From NCBI GenBank assembly GCA_030426085.1, contig JAUHYW010000003.1, positions 119,343 to 183,342 of the forward strand: a stretch of DNA of 64,000 nt. Direction: 5' to 3'. This document shows positions 38,759 through 48,065 of the stretch, piece by piece. A program made the position numbers and the translations under genes. Positions within the stretch are counted from its first letter, which is position 1. Every line of letters begins with the position of its first letter. The notes beneath the pieces were generated by a model. The model saw only the letters and a list, made by a program, of their open reading frames with translations. It ran no database searches and was not told the origin of the DNA. The DNA is from a bacterium. Lineage in GTDB: Bacteria; Myxococcota_A; Bradymonadia; UBA7976; UBA1532.

Positions 38759-39787
38759 ATGCCGCTGAGCGCCGTCGAGGGCCAGCCCCGGGCGCTCGAG
38801 GCGCTTCGCCGGGCCCTGCAGCACCAGCGGCTGCACCACGCCTACCTGTTCGCCGGGCCCGAGGGGGTCGGCAAGGGGCTCGCCGCCCAGGGGCTGGCCG
38901 AGGCGCTGCTGTGCACCGCGCCGCTCGAAGACGGCGACGCGTGCGGAGCGTGCAGCGCGTGCCGGCGCTCGGCCGGGCGTCAGCACCCCGACCTGCACGT
39001 CGTCGAGCGGCGCACCAAGGGCAACACCGACGAGCGCGAGCGGCAGATCAAGATCGATCAGGTGCGGGCGCTGCAGCGGGCGCTGAGCTTCAAGAGCTAC
39101 GAGGGCGCCCGGCGGGTGGTCCTGATCATCGAGCCGGAGAAGATGAACCCGGCGACGGCCAACGCGCTGCTCAAGACCCTCGAGGAGCCGGGGCCCGACA
39201 CCCACTTCGTGCTGGTCACCGCCGAGCCCCACCGGCTGCTGCCGACGGTGATCAGCCGCTGCCAGCGGGTGCGCTTCCAGCCGCTCGACCGGGCGCTGGT
39301 GGCCCGCAAGCTGGCCGAGCTGGCCGATCTGGAGCCGGGGGCGGCCCACCTGCTCGCCGGGCTGGCCGAGGGCTCGATCGGCAAGGGGCTGACGCTTCAG
39401 GGCAGCGCGCTGCTCGAGCAGCGGCAGGGCATCATCGGCCGCATCGACGACCCCGACGGGCCCCGCCGGGTGCCGCAGCTCCTCGACTACGCCGAGACGC
39501 TCGCCCGCCCCGACCGCCGGGCCGGGCTGCCGCTGGTGTTCCACCTGCTGCGCACCTGGTACCGCGACATCCTGCTGGTGCAGGAGGGCTTCGGCGACGA
39601 GGCGCTCGTGCACCGCGACCTGGCCGAGCAGATCCGCCGGCGGGCGCCCGCGCTCTCGGGGCCGGCGGTGCTCGACCGGCTGACGCTGCTCAACGAGACC
39701 GAGTACGCGATCTTCGAGCGCATGGCCAACGCCCGGCTGTCGATGGAGAGCCTGGTACTGCGGCTGGCCGGCGCGGTGGAGGGATAG
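38759..39787 (+). CDS. holB: DNA polymerase III subunit delta'
   Basis: HAYLFAGPEGVGK Walker-like loop. Zinc module CGACSACRR. SRC motif (TVISRCQRVRF). Confidence 0.85.
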   Translation: MPLSAVEGQPRALEALRRALQHQRLHHAYLFAGPEGVGKGLAAQGLAEALLCTAPLEDGDACGACSACRRSAGRQHPDLHVVERRTKGNTDERERQIKIDQVRALQRALSFKSYEGARRVVLIIEPEKMNPATANALLKTLEEPGPDTHFVLVTAEPHRLLPTVISRCQRVRFQPLDRALVARKLAELADLEPGAAHLLAGLAEGSIGKGLTLQGSALLEQRQGIIGRIDDPDGPRRVPQLLDYAETLARPDRRAGLPLVFHLLRTWYRDILLVQEGFGDEALVHRDLAEQIRRRAPALSGPAVLDRLTLLNETEYAIFERMANARLSMESLVLRLAGAVEG

Positions 39788-39791
39788 GCCG

Positions 39792-40493
39792 ATGAGCGCC
39801 CCCGACGACGAGGTCCTGTTCGGCGAGCTGGTCGACGCGATGCTGCTGCCCGACGGGGCCCTGACCCCCACCGAGCAGGCGCTGGCCGAGGCCGAGGCCG
39901 CCCGGGCGGCGCGCATCGCCGAGGCGCTCACCGAGGCCCGGGCCGAAGCCGAGCGGCGGGCCGAGGCCGAGGCCGCCGCCGCCCGCGAGGCCGAGAAGCG
40001 GGCCGACGAGGCCCACGCCCGCCGCCGCAGCCGGGTGGCCGGCGCCCGGGGGGACGACCCCCGCGACGGGGAGGCCGACGCCGAACCCCGCCGGGGCCGC
40101 AGCGGCAGCCGCCGCCGTCGCAGCGGGCGCCGGAGCGGCCGCAGCAGCGGGCAGAGCGGGCAGAGCGGGCAGCAGGGGCGCCGCCGCAGCGGCGGGCAGG
40201 GCGAGCGGAGCGGTCAGGGCGCCGAGGGCAGCCAGAGCGGCGAGCAGGGCGGCAGCCGGCGCCGTCGACGCCGGCGGGGCGGCGCGCGCAAGAGCGGGGG
40301 GCAGCCGGGCGGCGGGCAGGCTCAGAAGGCCGGCGGCCGGCAGCGCGGCGGGCAGGGCCAGCAAAGCGGCGGGCCGGGCCAGCAAGGCGGCGGGCCGGGC
40401 CAGAAGGGCGGCGGACGGCGCCGTCGGCGGGGGTCACGGCAGGGTGGCCAGGGCGGCGGCGCGCGTGCTAAGGACTCCGGCCCGAAGGACTGA
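39792..40493 (+). CDS. hypothetical Arg/Gly/Ser/Gln-rich intrinsically disordered basic protein
   Basis: Starts 4 nt after holB. 20 nt upstream of the metG RBS. Strong GC3 bias in frame. N-terminal ~70 aa helical and acidic, then RRRSGRRSGRSSGQSGQSGQQGRRR... with tandem DNA repeats (e.g. cagcaaRgcggcgggccgggc x2). Confidence 0.5.
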   Translation: MSAPDDEVLFGELVDAMLLPDGALTPTEQALAEAEAARAARIAEALTEARAEAERRAEAEAAAAREAEKRADEAHARRRSRVAGARGDDPRDGEADAEPRRGRSGSRRRRSGRRSGRSSGQSGQSGQQGRRRSGGQGERSGQGAEGSQSGEQGGSRRRRRRRGGARKSGGQPGGGQAQKAGGRQRGGQGQQSGGPGQQGGGPGQKGGGRRRRRGSRQGGQGGGARAKDSGPKD

Positions 40494-40516
40494 TCCTCGA
40501 AGCCAGGAGCGCCGGC

Positions 40517-42478
40517 ATGTCGCGCACCGTCTACGTCACCAGCCCGATCTACTACGTCAACGCCGCGCCGCACATCGGCCACGCCTACACCAGCCTCGCC
40601 GCCGACAGCCTCGTCCGGTGGCACGCGCTGTGCGGGGCCGATACGTTCCTGCTGACCGGCACCGACGAGCACGGCCTCAAGATCGCCCAGGCGGCCCGCA
40701 AAGCGGGGGTCACCCCCCAGGCCCACGCCGATCGCTACTCCAAGCCGTTCCGCGACATGTGCGACCGGCTCGACGTGGCCTACGACGACTTCATCCGCAC
40801 CACCCAGGACCGCCACAAGGCCGTCGTCGCCGAGATGTGGCGCCGCATGAAGGCCGCCGGCGACATCTACGAGTCGGTCTACGAGGGCTGGTACAGCGTC
40901 GGCGACGAGGCGTACTTCACCGAGGACGAGCTGGTCGACGGCAAGGCCCCCAGCGGGCACACGGTCGAGTGGGTCGAGGAGCCGAGCTACTTCTTCCGGC
41001 TGTCGAAGTACGGCCCGAAGCTGCTGGCCCACCTCGACGCCCACCCGGCGTTCGTGCAGCCCCAGAGCCGGTCGAACGAGGTGCGCCGCTTCATCGAGCA
41101 GGGGCTCAACGACATCTCGATCAGCCGGGCCAACTTCGACTGGGGGGTGCCCATCCCCGACGCCGAGGGGCACGTCGCCTACGTGTGGCTCGACGCGCTG
41201 ACCAACTACATCAGCGCCCTCGGCGGCCCCGTCGGCGAGCGCTTCGCCCGCTACTGGCCCACCGCCGCGGCGGACGACGTCGGCGTCGAGCACCACGCGG
41301 TGCACCTCATCGGCAAGGACATCCTGCGGTTCCACGCGATCTACTGGCCGGCGTTCCTGATGAGCGCCGGGCTGCCGCTGCCGTCCCAGGTCTTCGCCCA
41401 CGGCTGGTGGACCAACGAAGACGCCAAGATGAGCAAGACCGCGGGCAACGTGATCGACCCGTTCGACATGGCCGACCGCTACGGAGCCGACGCCTTCCGC
41501 TACTTCCTGCTGCGGGAGATCACGTTCGGCACCGACGGCGCCTTCAGCGAGACCGCGCTGCGCAACCGCATCAACGGCGATCTGGCCAACGACTACGGCA
41601 ACCTCGTCAACCGCACGCTGGGCATGCTGATGCGCTACCGCAAAGGCGTGGTGCCGGCGCGGGGCACCTCCGACAAGGAGCACGACGCCATCCTGCTCGC
41701 CGCCGCGTCCCAAGCCCGGGCCGGGGCCGAGCAGGCGATGGGTGATCTGGCGTTCAACCAGGCGCTGGCGGCGATCTGGGGGCTGGTCTCGGCGGCCAAC
41801 AAGTACGTCGACAGCACCGCCCCCTGGAAGCTGGACAAGTCCGGCGACGACGGGCGGCTGGACGAGGCGCTCTACAATCAGGTCGAGGCGCTGCGGGTCA
41901 TCGGCATCCTGACCCGGCCGTTCCTGCCGCAGAAGGCCGACCTGCTGCTCGACTGGCTGGGGGTCGACCCCGCCGAGCGCACCTTCGAGGCGACCGCCCG
42001 CTGGGGCGGCATGCCCTCGGGGGCGAAGGTGAAGAAGGGCAAGGCGCTCTTCCCCCGCATCGATCCGCCCAAGGCCGCCCCGGCGGCCCCGGCGCCCGCG
42101 CCGGCCGAGAAGAAGAAGGAGGCCCCGGTGAGCGCGAAGGCCGAAGAGAGCGGCGTCATCGAGTTCGGTGACTTCACCAAGGTCGAGCTGCGGGTGGCGA
42201 AGGTGATCGCCGCCGAGGCCCACCCCAACGCCGACCGCCTGCTCAAGCTGACCCTCGACGCCGGCGAGGCCGAGCCGCGCACCGTCTGCGCCGGCATCGC
42301 CGCGGCCTACGCCCCGGCCGATCTGGTCGGTCGCACCGTGGCCCTCGTCGCCAACCTCGCCCCGCGCAAGCTGCGGGGGGTGATGAGCCAGGGCATGCTG
42401 CTCGCCGCCGGCGAAGGGGCCGACGTGCAGCTCGTGACGGTGCCCGGTGACATCGCCCCCGGTACGCGCATCTCTTGA
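40517..42478 (+). CDS. metG: methionine--tRNA ligase with C-terminal EMAP/Trbp111-type tRNA-binding domain
   Basis: HIGH motif (APHIGHAYT). KMSKS motif (KMSKTAGN). Anticodon-binding helices. C-terminal OB-fold (VELRVAKVIAAEAHPNADRLLKLTLD). Confidence 0.95.
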   Translation: MSRTVYVTSPIYYVNAAPHIGHAYTSLAADSLVRWHALCGADTFLLTGTDEHGLKIAQAARKAGVTPQAHADRYSKPFRDMCDRLDVAYDDFIRTTQDRHKAVVAEMWRRMKAAGDIYESVYEGWYSVGDEAYFTEDELVDGKAPSGHTVEWVEEPSYFFRLSKYGPKLLAHLDAHPAFVQPQSRSNEVRRFIEQGLNDISISRANFDWGVPIPDAEGHVAYVWLDALTNYISALGGPVGERFARYWPTAAADDVGVEHHAVHLIGKDILRFHAIYWPAFLMSAGLPLPSQVFAHGWWTNEDAKMSKTAGNVIDPFDMADRYGADAFRYFLLREITFGTDGAFSETALRNRINGDLANDYGNLVNRTLGMLMRYRKGVVPARGTSDKEHDAILLAAASQARAGAEQAMGDLAFNQALAAIWGLVSAANKYVDSTAPWKLDKSGDDGRLDEALYNQVEALRVIGILTRPFLPQKADLLLDWLGVDPAERTFEATARWGGMPSGAKVKKGKALFPRIDPPKAAPAAPAPAPAEKKKEAPVSAKAEESGVIEFGDFTKVELRVAKVIAAEAHPNADRLLKLTLDAGEAEPRTVCAGIAAAYAPADLVGRTVALVANLAPRKLRGVMSQGMLLAAGEGADVQLVTVPGDIAPGTRIS

Positions 42479-42482
42479 CCGC

Positions 42483-42504
42483 GCGGGGCACGCGGCCCCG
42501 CTTT
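42483..42504 (+). terminator. hairpin gcggggc-acgcg-gccccgc followed by TTT, 5 nt after the metG stop
   Basis: Read from the sequence. Sits about 20 nt before the dps start codon, so the dps promoter must lie inside the metG 3' end, or this is a partial terminator. Confidence 0.5.
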
Positions 42505-42524
42505 GGACCGCAAGGAGCAGCCAT

Positions 42525-42995
42525 ATGAAGCCAAACATCGGGATTGCCGAGGACGCCCGCGCCGAGATCGTGCAGGGCCTGAGCCGGGTGCTGGCCGACA
42601 GCTACACCCTGATGCTCAAGACCCTCAACTTCCACTGGAACGTCAAGGGGCCGATGTTCCGCACGCTGCACCTCATGTTCGAGGAGCAGTACAACGAGCT
42701 GCTGCCGGCGGTGGACCAGGTCGCCGAGCGCATCCTGGTGCTGGGCCACCCGGCTCCGGCGAGCTATCGGCAGTTCGCCGAGCTGGCCTCGATCGAGGAA
42801 GAGGAGGGGGTGCCGGCGGCCCTCGACATGGTGCGCGCGCTCAAGGACGGGCACGAGGCGGTCGCCCGCACCGCTCGCGGGGCGCTCGGCGCCGCCGAGA
42901 AGGCCGAGGACGAGGCCACCGTCGACCTGCTCGTTCAGCGCATGCAGACCCACGAGAAGACCGCCTGGATGCTGCGGGCCCTGCTCGAAGGCTGA
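42525..42995 (+). CDS. dps: Dps (DNA-binding ferritin-like protein from starved cells)
   Basis: Ferritin-like helices with ferroxidase residues (HWNVKGPMFRTLHLMFEEQYNEL...D...E). AGGAG RBS 9 nt upstream. Confidence 0.9.
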   Translation: MKPNIGIAEDARAEIVQGLSRVLADSYTLMLKTLNFHWNVKGPMFRTLHLMFEEQYNELLPAVDQVAERILVLGHPAPASYRQFAELASIEEEEGVPAALDMVRALKDGHEAVARTARGALGAAEKAEDEATVDLLVQRMQTHEKTAWMLRALLEG

Positions 42996-43018
42996 CGCCG
43001 GCCGCGGCTTTCGAAACG

Positions 43019-43044
43019 AGGACGGGGCCCCGCGGGGCCCCGTT
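43019..43044. terminator. perfect 10-bp stem hairpin (acggggcccc gcg ggggccccgt) between convergent dps and the Cys-rich lipoprotein gene
   Basis: Read from the sequence. Followed by tctgcgttcg on the + strand. Confidence 0.6.
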
Positions 43045-43083
43045 CTGCGTTCGAATGCGCCCGGCGGGCGCGCTCGGGTCCGA

Positions 43084-43998
43084 TCAGAAGTAGCAGACGC
43101 TGTCGGCGGCGCAGTACCAGCCCGAGGGGCAGTGGGCGTCGACGTCGCAGTACTGCGCGGCGTAGCACAGCCCGTCGCCCCCGCAGATGCTGTCCCCCGG
43201 GCAGTCGCCGTCGTAGTCGCACAGCAGCGCGTCGGCGTAGCACTCGCCGTCGCCGGCGCAGACCGCCCCGGCGGGGCACTCCCAGTCGGCCCGGCACTCG
43301 GCGAGCGCCTCGCACAGCCCGTCGATCCGGCAGAAGTAGCCGTCGGCGCAGTCGAAGTCGTCCCGGCAGCCGGGGATCTCCTCGCAGGCGCCGTCGCCCC
43401 GGCAGAAGAAGCCCGGCGCGCAGTCGCGGTCGGCGCGGCAGCCCACGAACTCCTCGCAGACCCCGTCGGCCCGGCAGAAGTAGCCGTTGGCGCAGTCCCG
43501 GTCGGAGCGGCATCCGGGGATCTCTTCGCAGGCGCCGTCACCCCGGCAGGTGTAGCCCGCCGCGCAGTCCCGATCGGAGCGGCAGCCGGGCACCGGCAGG
43601 CAGGCCCCGGCGTCGCAGTACTCGCCGGCGCCGCAGTGGCTGTTGTCCCAACAGTCGGGCAGGGAGACGCAGGCCCCGGCGTCGCAGAAGCCGTCGGGCC
43701 CGCACTCGCGGTCGACGGTGCAGCCGCGCACGTCCTCGCAGCGGCCGCGGTCGCAGATGGCGCCGGGGCCGCACTCGGCGTCGCCGATGCAGCCGGCCTC
43801 GGCGTAGCACAGGCCGTCTTCGGAGCAGAACTCGGTGTCGAAGCACTCGTCGTCGAGCAGGCAGCCGCCGGGTGCGGCGCGGCCGGAGGGTTCGTAGTCG
43901 ATGTCGTCGCCGTGCAGGTGGCAGCCGGCCATGAAGAGGGAGAGGCCGATGGCGAGGAGGGGCAGGGTGGTCGCGGCGCGGGTATCGGAGCGGTTCAT
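43084..43998 (-). CDS. lipoprotein composed of ~10 tandem Cys-rich ~21-aa repeats (resembles the Myxococcus cysteine-rich repeat)
   Basis: Signal plus lipobox LSLFMAGC|H. Repeats of the form GCRSDRDC(A/P)xG(Y/F)(T/F)CRxDGxCEEIP. Start at an internal ATG of the track ORF. Confidence 0.75.
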   Translation of the reverse strand: MNRSDTRAATTLPLLAIGLSLFMAGCHLHGDDIDYEPSGRAAPGGCLLDDECFDTEFCSEDGLCYAEAGCIGDAECGPGAICDRGRCEDVRGCTVDRECGPDGFCDAGACVSLPDCWDNSHCGAGEYCDAGACLPVPGCRSDRDCAAGYTCRGDGACEEIPGCRSDRDCANGYFCRADGVCEEFVGCRADRDCAPGFFCRGDGACEEIPGCRDDFDCADGYFCRIDGLCEALAECRADWECPAGAVCAGDGECYADALLCDYDGDCPGDSICGGDGLCYAAQYCDVDAHCPSGWYCAADSVCYF

Positions 43999-44125
43999 GG
44001 GAATGCCTCGGTGAGTGAGTTTCGATGACGGCCGGGCCGACGGGGCCCCCCCGGGAATATTCGGGCCCCTTCGAAAAACACCGCCCGGCGGCGCGCCGAA
44101 GGCCCGCGCGACGGATTGTTTGTTG

Positions 44126-44154
44126 TTGGTCACCGAAGTGGGGTGGCCTATACT
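44126..44154 (+). promoter_or_regulatory. candidate sigma70-type promoter (TTGGTC - 17 nt - TATACT)
   Basis: AT-richer patch ggattgtttgttgttggtcacc...ggcctatact about 95 nt upstream of the 44245 GTG. Confidence 0.35.
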
Positions 44155-44244
44155 CGCTGCGGGCCGCGCGCGCACGGCCGTAGGGGGAGGTCGCGCGGTC
44201 GTCCAGGCTGATTTGCCGGGGCACGCCGGCGGGGAGGACAGCGC

Positions 44245-46734
44245 GTGGCCGACGATCAGCGGCCCCAGATGTCAGGCGCGATACCGGTCGCCCGGCTCGA
44301 TGACCGCTACGCCTTGACCGATCGCACCGGGCACAAGCTCGGCGAGGTCCCGCTCGCGACGATCGTGGGGCTGATCAAGCAGGGGCGCCTCTTCCGCACC
44401 GATCAGGTCAGCAAGAACGGCGCGCCGGTGCAGCCCCTCGGCGAGCTGCCCGAGTTCGAGGAGCTCTTCAGCCAGCTCCTGCCCCAGGCGTTCCACGTCG
44501 ACGGCACCAACCTGCGCCCGGCCCCCGAGCTGTCGGGGCAGGCCGACCCCCTCACGATCGCCCGCCTCTTCGGCACGCTGTACCGCGAGCGGCGCACCGG
44601 GCGGCTGTTCCTGTGCGAGGCCGATCGCAAGCGGGAGAAGGTCATCTCGTTTCGCCAGGGCACCCCGATCAGCGCCAACTCGAACACCGAGGAGGAGTGG
44701 ATCGGCGAGCTGCTCATCGGCCAGGGGATCATCGACCGCGAGGCGTTCGACGAGGCGGTCGAGCACGCCCGCAACCACGGCAAGCGCATCGGCTCGGCCC
44801 TGATCTACCTCGAGAAGCTCTCCCCCCGCGAGCTGAAGCGGGCGCTGTCGGTGCAGGCGATGGAGCGGCTGCTCAACGCCTTCCGCATGACCGGCGGCAC
44901 CTATCAGTTCATCGCCGACGCGTCGGCCGCCGAGGACGAGATCCTGCTGCTCGCCTCGCCCCGGGACATCATCGAGACCGGGCTGTCGGCGGCGCTCGAA
45001 GGCCGCGAGATCAACGAGATCCTCGCCGGCTACGGCGACCCGATCTTCCGGGTCGAGGTGCCCGACGAGATCGCCGGTGACCTGCACGACGGCGACCAGG
45101 CGATGCTGCGCCAGCTCTCCCGGGGGCAGCCGCTCAGCCAGTGCATCGAGCGGGCGGCCAAGGCGGCCCGGCTGACCCCGGCCGAGGGCAAGCTGCGGGT
45201 GCTGACCCTGATCAAGATCGGGGTGCTCAAGGTCGGCGGGGCCGAGGTCGAGGCGCTCGAAAGCGTCGTGCACGAGCTCGAGAGCACCGACTTCTACCGC
45301 ATGCTCGACGTGCGGCGGGCGGCCTCGCTCGACGAGATCCGGACCGCCTTCGAGAAGAAGCGCGCCGAGTACAAGGGCGTCGAGCAGCCGGGGGACACCG
45401 CGGCGGTCACCCGGATGCGGGATACGATCACCAACCGGCTCGACCAGGCCCGGCAGACCCTGAGCGACCCCGAGGAGCGGGCGCTGTACGAGCGGGCGCT
45501 GCAGCTCGGGCTCGACTTCCACCAGCCCGAGGTGCGCCAGCGGCTCGAGCACGAGCAGCTCCTGCAGCGAGGGCGCTCGCTGCTGCGCCAGCAGAAGTAT
45601 GCCGAGGCGTTCGAGGCGTTCAGCCGGGCGGGCAGCCTCATCCCCGACGACCCCCAGATCTACATCGAGCTGGGCTGGGCCCGGTTCCTGGCCTCGGATC
45701 ACGGCCCGGAGGCCGCCCGGGAGGCCATCGCCGACGTCGAGCGGGCGCTGCGCCTGTCGAGCGAGTTCGACGACGCCTACGTGACCATCGGCAAGATCCA
45801 CCGCCTGCGGGGTGAGCTGGAGCAGGCCGAGGCCCAGCTCCGGCGGGCGATCGAGATCAACCCCCACAACAACGAGGCCCAGAGCGAGCTGCGGCTGCTG
45901 TTCACCCGCGAGCTCAAGTCGGGGCCCAAGCTCAACATCTCGTTCAAGGGCGGCGGCTCGCTGCTGCCGACCCTCGGGCTGGCCCTGGTCACCCTCATCG
46001 GGCTCTACATCGGGGCCAACGTGATCGGCGGCGGGGCCGAGACGTGGCCCGACGTGGCCAGCGCCCGGGCCGAGGCGATGGCCGGCGGCCCCGGCGGCAG
46101 CGACGCCGAGCGCGAGCTGACCCGGGCGGTCATGGAGCGGCTGCAAGGCGAGGTCGACCTGACCGTGCCCCCCGACGAGCGGGTGCTGGGCAACGTCGAG
46201 TACTACTACCTCGCCGACGACGGGTGGTGGTGGATCCGGCGGGGTGCGCTGTTGCTGATGGGCCTCATCGGCATCTTCGCGGTGCGCCGGGAGCGCTTCG
46301 AGGACCTCGCCCTCTTCGGCGAGAAGCCGGCCTGGATCATGGCCGCGCTGCCGTATGGCCTGCTGCTCGGCTTCCTGACCCCGACCCCCGACACCCCGAC
46401 CGCCGTCGGCCCGGCGATGGGCATGGCCGCGATGCACATACTGGCCGAGGTGGTGTTCTTCATCGCCTTCCTCGGCCGGGCGCTGCTCGACGAGCTCGAG
46501 GAGCCGGCGATCGCGATCGTGGTGCTGGTGGTCTTCTACGGCCTGTACCGGGCCACCTTCTTCGCCACGCTCCAGGCCCCGGGCACGCTGATGGTGTCCG
46601 ACATCCTCCAGTCGGCGGCCTTCGTCGGCGGGGTGTACGGGATCCTGCTGTGGCGCAGCGGCGGCCTCTTCGCGCCCTTGTTGGCCCATCTGCTGCTCAT
46701 CGGCATGATGATGGTGCGGGCGACGGTGCTCTGA
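44245..46734 (+). CDS. multidomain membrane protein: N-terminal domain + DUF4388-like + degenerate J-domain + TPR + C-terminal 6-7 TM domain
   Basis: GTG with GGAGG RBS. DUF4388-like region (LFGTLYRERRTGRLFLCEADRKREKVISFRQGTPISANS). J-like helix bundle lacking HPD (TDFYRMLDVRRAASLDEIRTAFEKKRAEYK...LSDPEERALYE). TPR helices (YAEAFEAFSRAGSLIPDDPQIYIELGWARF...). C-terminal polytopic membrane domain. Confidence 0.75.
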   Translation: MADDQRPQMSGAIPVARLDDRYALTDRTGHKLGEVPLATIVGLIKQGRLFRTDQVSKNGAPVQPLGELPEFEELFSQLLPQAFHVDGTNLRPAPELSGQADPLTIARLFGTLYRERRTGRLFLCEADRKREKVISFRQGTPISANSNTEEEWIGELLIGQGIIDREAFDEAVEHARNHGKRIGSALIYLEKLSPRELKRALSVQAMERLLNAFRMTGGTYQFIADASAAEDEILLLASPRDIIETGLSAALEGREINEILAGYGDPIFRVEVPDEIAGDLHDGDQAMLRQLSRGQPLSQCIERAAKAARLTPAEGKLRVLTLIKIGVLKVGGAEVEALESVVHELESTDFYRMLDVRRAASLDEIRTAFEKKRAEYKGVEQPGDTAAVTRMRDTITNRLDQARQTLSDPEERALYERALQLGLDFHQPEVRQRLEHEQLLQRGRSLLRQQKYAEAFEAFSRAGSLIPDDPQIYIELGWARFLASDHGPEAAREAIADVERALRLSSEFDDAYVTIGKIHRLRGELEQAEAQLRRAIEINPHNNEAQSELRLLFTRELKSGPKLNISFKGGGSLLPTLGLALVTLIGLYIGANVIGGGAETWPDVASARAEAMAGGPGGSDAERELTRAVMERLQGEVDLTVPPDERVLGNVEYYYLADDGWWWIRRGALLLMGLIGIFAVRRERFEDLALFGEKPAWIMAALPYGLLLGFLTPTPDTPTAVGPAMGMAAMHILAEVVFFIAFLGRALLDELEEPAIAIVVLVVFYGLYRATFFATLQAPGTLMVSDILQSAAFVGGVYGILLWRSGGLFAPLLAHLLLIGMMMVRATVL

Positions 46735-46750
46735 CGGACCCGACGGAGGA

Positions 46751-47188
46751 GTGAGCGACGTGGCGAGAGAGCGAATCCTGGTCGGTCAGGACGAGGCGAT
46801 CGTCGAGGCGGCCAGGCCCCTGGTCGCGCGGATCGACGCCGAGATCGACCTGGTCGCGGTCGGCGACGGGGCCCGGTGCATCGTGGCCTTCACCAAGCTC
46901 ATCCGGGCCGGCAAGCCGCCGCTGCTCGTGGTGCTCGACGATACGCTCGCCCGCATCGACGGCGAGGGCTGCGCCCGGTCGATACGAGCGATCGAGCGGG
47001 CCTTCGAGGCCGAGCCGGTCGCGATCCTGTTCTACGCCGACGAGGCGGCCGACGAGACCCGCAAGGGGCTGCTGGCGACGCTGGGCCGGGCGGTGCACTT
47101 GCAGCGGCGGGCCGAGCCCACCGACCAGCAGGCGCTGCGGCTCGCCAAGGCGCTCGCCCGGCTGCTCAAGCAGGTCAGGGGTCAGTGA
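46751..47188 (+). CDS. receiver (REC)-like single-domain protein
   Basis: (beta/alpha)5-like pattern with candidate phospho-Asp in LLVVLDDTLARIDGEG. Stop overlaps the next start (GTGATGG). Confidence 0.55.
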   Translation: MSDVARERILVGQDEAIVEAARPLVARIDAEIDLVAVGDGARCIVAFTKLIRAGKPPLLVVLDDTLARIDGEGCARSIRAIERAFEAEPVAILFYADEAADETRKGLLATLGRAVHLQRRAEPTDQQALRLAKALARLLKQVRGQ

Positions 47189-47952
47189 TGGACACCAAGT
47201 ACTGCCCGTCGTGCGGCCAGGAAGTGCCTCTGGAGCGCACGCTGCAGGGCAACTACCTGATGATCGCGTGCCGCAACTGCGGCCTGGGTCTGGGGGTGAA
47301 GCTGGCCAGCGCCGACGAGCTGCGCAAGCTGTCGACCCCCGAGCAGCCCTCGCTGGCCCGGGTCGAGGTCGTCAAGCGCCAGCGCACCATCTCGGCCGCG
47401 GTCGAGAAGCCGGCCCCGCCCGACCCCCGCTCGGCGGCGCCCCGCGAGGCGCCGCCCCCACCGGCCCCGGCCCCGGCCCCGGCCGACATCGAGGCGATGA
47501 AGCGGGCCACCGAGGGCGGCCCGGTGCGCCAGATGGGGCAGGTCATGCTGGCCGAGGACTCGCAGTTCCTGCGCCAGATCACCCGCGACCTGCTGCTCTC
47601 GCAGCAGCTCGCCCGGGAGGTCGTCGACTGCGAGGACGGGGTCGCCTTCGTCGAGGCCTACACCCGGGCGCTCGCCGCCGGCGACCGGCCCGACCTGGTG
47701 GTGCTCGACGTGCGCATGCCCGGGCTCGACGGCCAGCAGGCGGCGTTCGCGATGCGGGCGGTCGAGACCGCGATGGGCCAGAAGCGGACCCCGATCCTGT
47801 TCTTCTCGGCGGTGCTGTGCGACGAGAAGTTCAAGGGCATCCTGCAGGAGCTGGGCAACGCCCGGTACATCCGCAAGAGCGAGGACGGCGACGCCCAGCA
47901 GCTCGGCAACCGCATCGTCTCGGTGCTCGGGCGGCTGGTCGGGGCGCGTTGA
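47188..47952 (+). CDS. response regulator with N-terminal zinc-ribbon and C-terminal receiver domain, no output domain
   Basis: CPSCGQEV...CRNCGLGL ribbon. Pro-rich linker. REC motifs (MLAEDSQF, LVVLDVRMPGLDG, ILFFSA...K). Confidence 0.7.
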   Translation: MDTKYCPSCGQEVPLERTLQGNYLMIACRNCGLGLGVKLASADELRKLSTPEQPSLARVEVVKRQRTISAAVEKPAPPDPRSAAPREAPPPPAPAPAPADIEAMKRATEGGPVRQMGQVMLAEDSQFLRQITRDLLLSQQLAREVVDCEDGVAFVEAYTRALAAGDRPDLVVLDVRMPGLDGQQAAFAMRAVETAMGQKRTPILFFSAVLCDEKFKGILQELGNARYIRKSEDGDAQQLGNRIVSVLGRLVGAR

Positions 47953-48065
47953 TTTTTTTCAGTATTGGTGAAACTCGACACAAATACAGGAATACGGAGC
48001 TTGCGTCGACGCCCCCCGATCCCTACACTGGGCTCACCGTCGACACGCACCGCCAGGAGGAGCCG
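47953..48065 (+). promoter_or_regulatory. AT-rich intergenic element (ttgatttttttcagtattggtgaaactcgacacaaatacaggaatacgg) upstream of the mini-protein/exosortase genes
   Basis: A roughly 45% GC island in a ~70% GC background, immediately after the receiver gene and before an AGGAGG RBS. Candidate internal promoter or regulator binding site. Confidence 0.35.

Noticed and set aside
44245-46734. C-terminal membrane domain of the 829-aa protein as a CPBP/CAAX (Abi) protease
   Set aside because: The canonical CPBP motifs (EExxxR, FxxxH, HxxxN/D) could not be found in the expected helices. Only a generic polytopic membrane domain is claimed.
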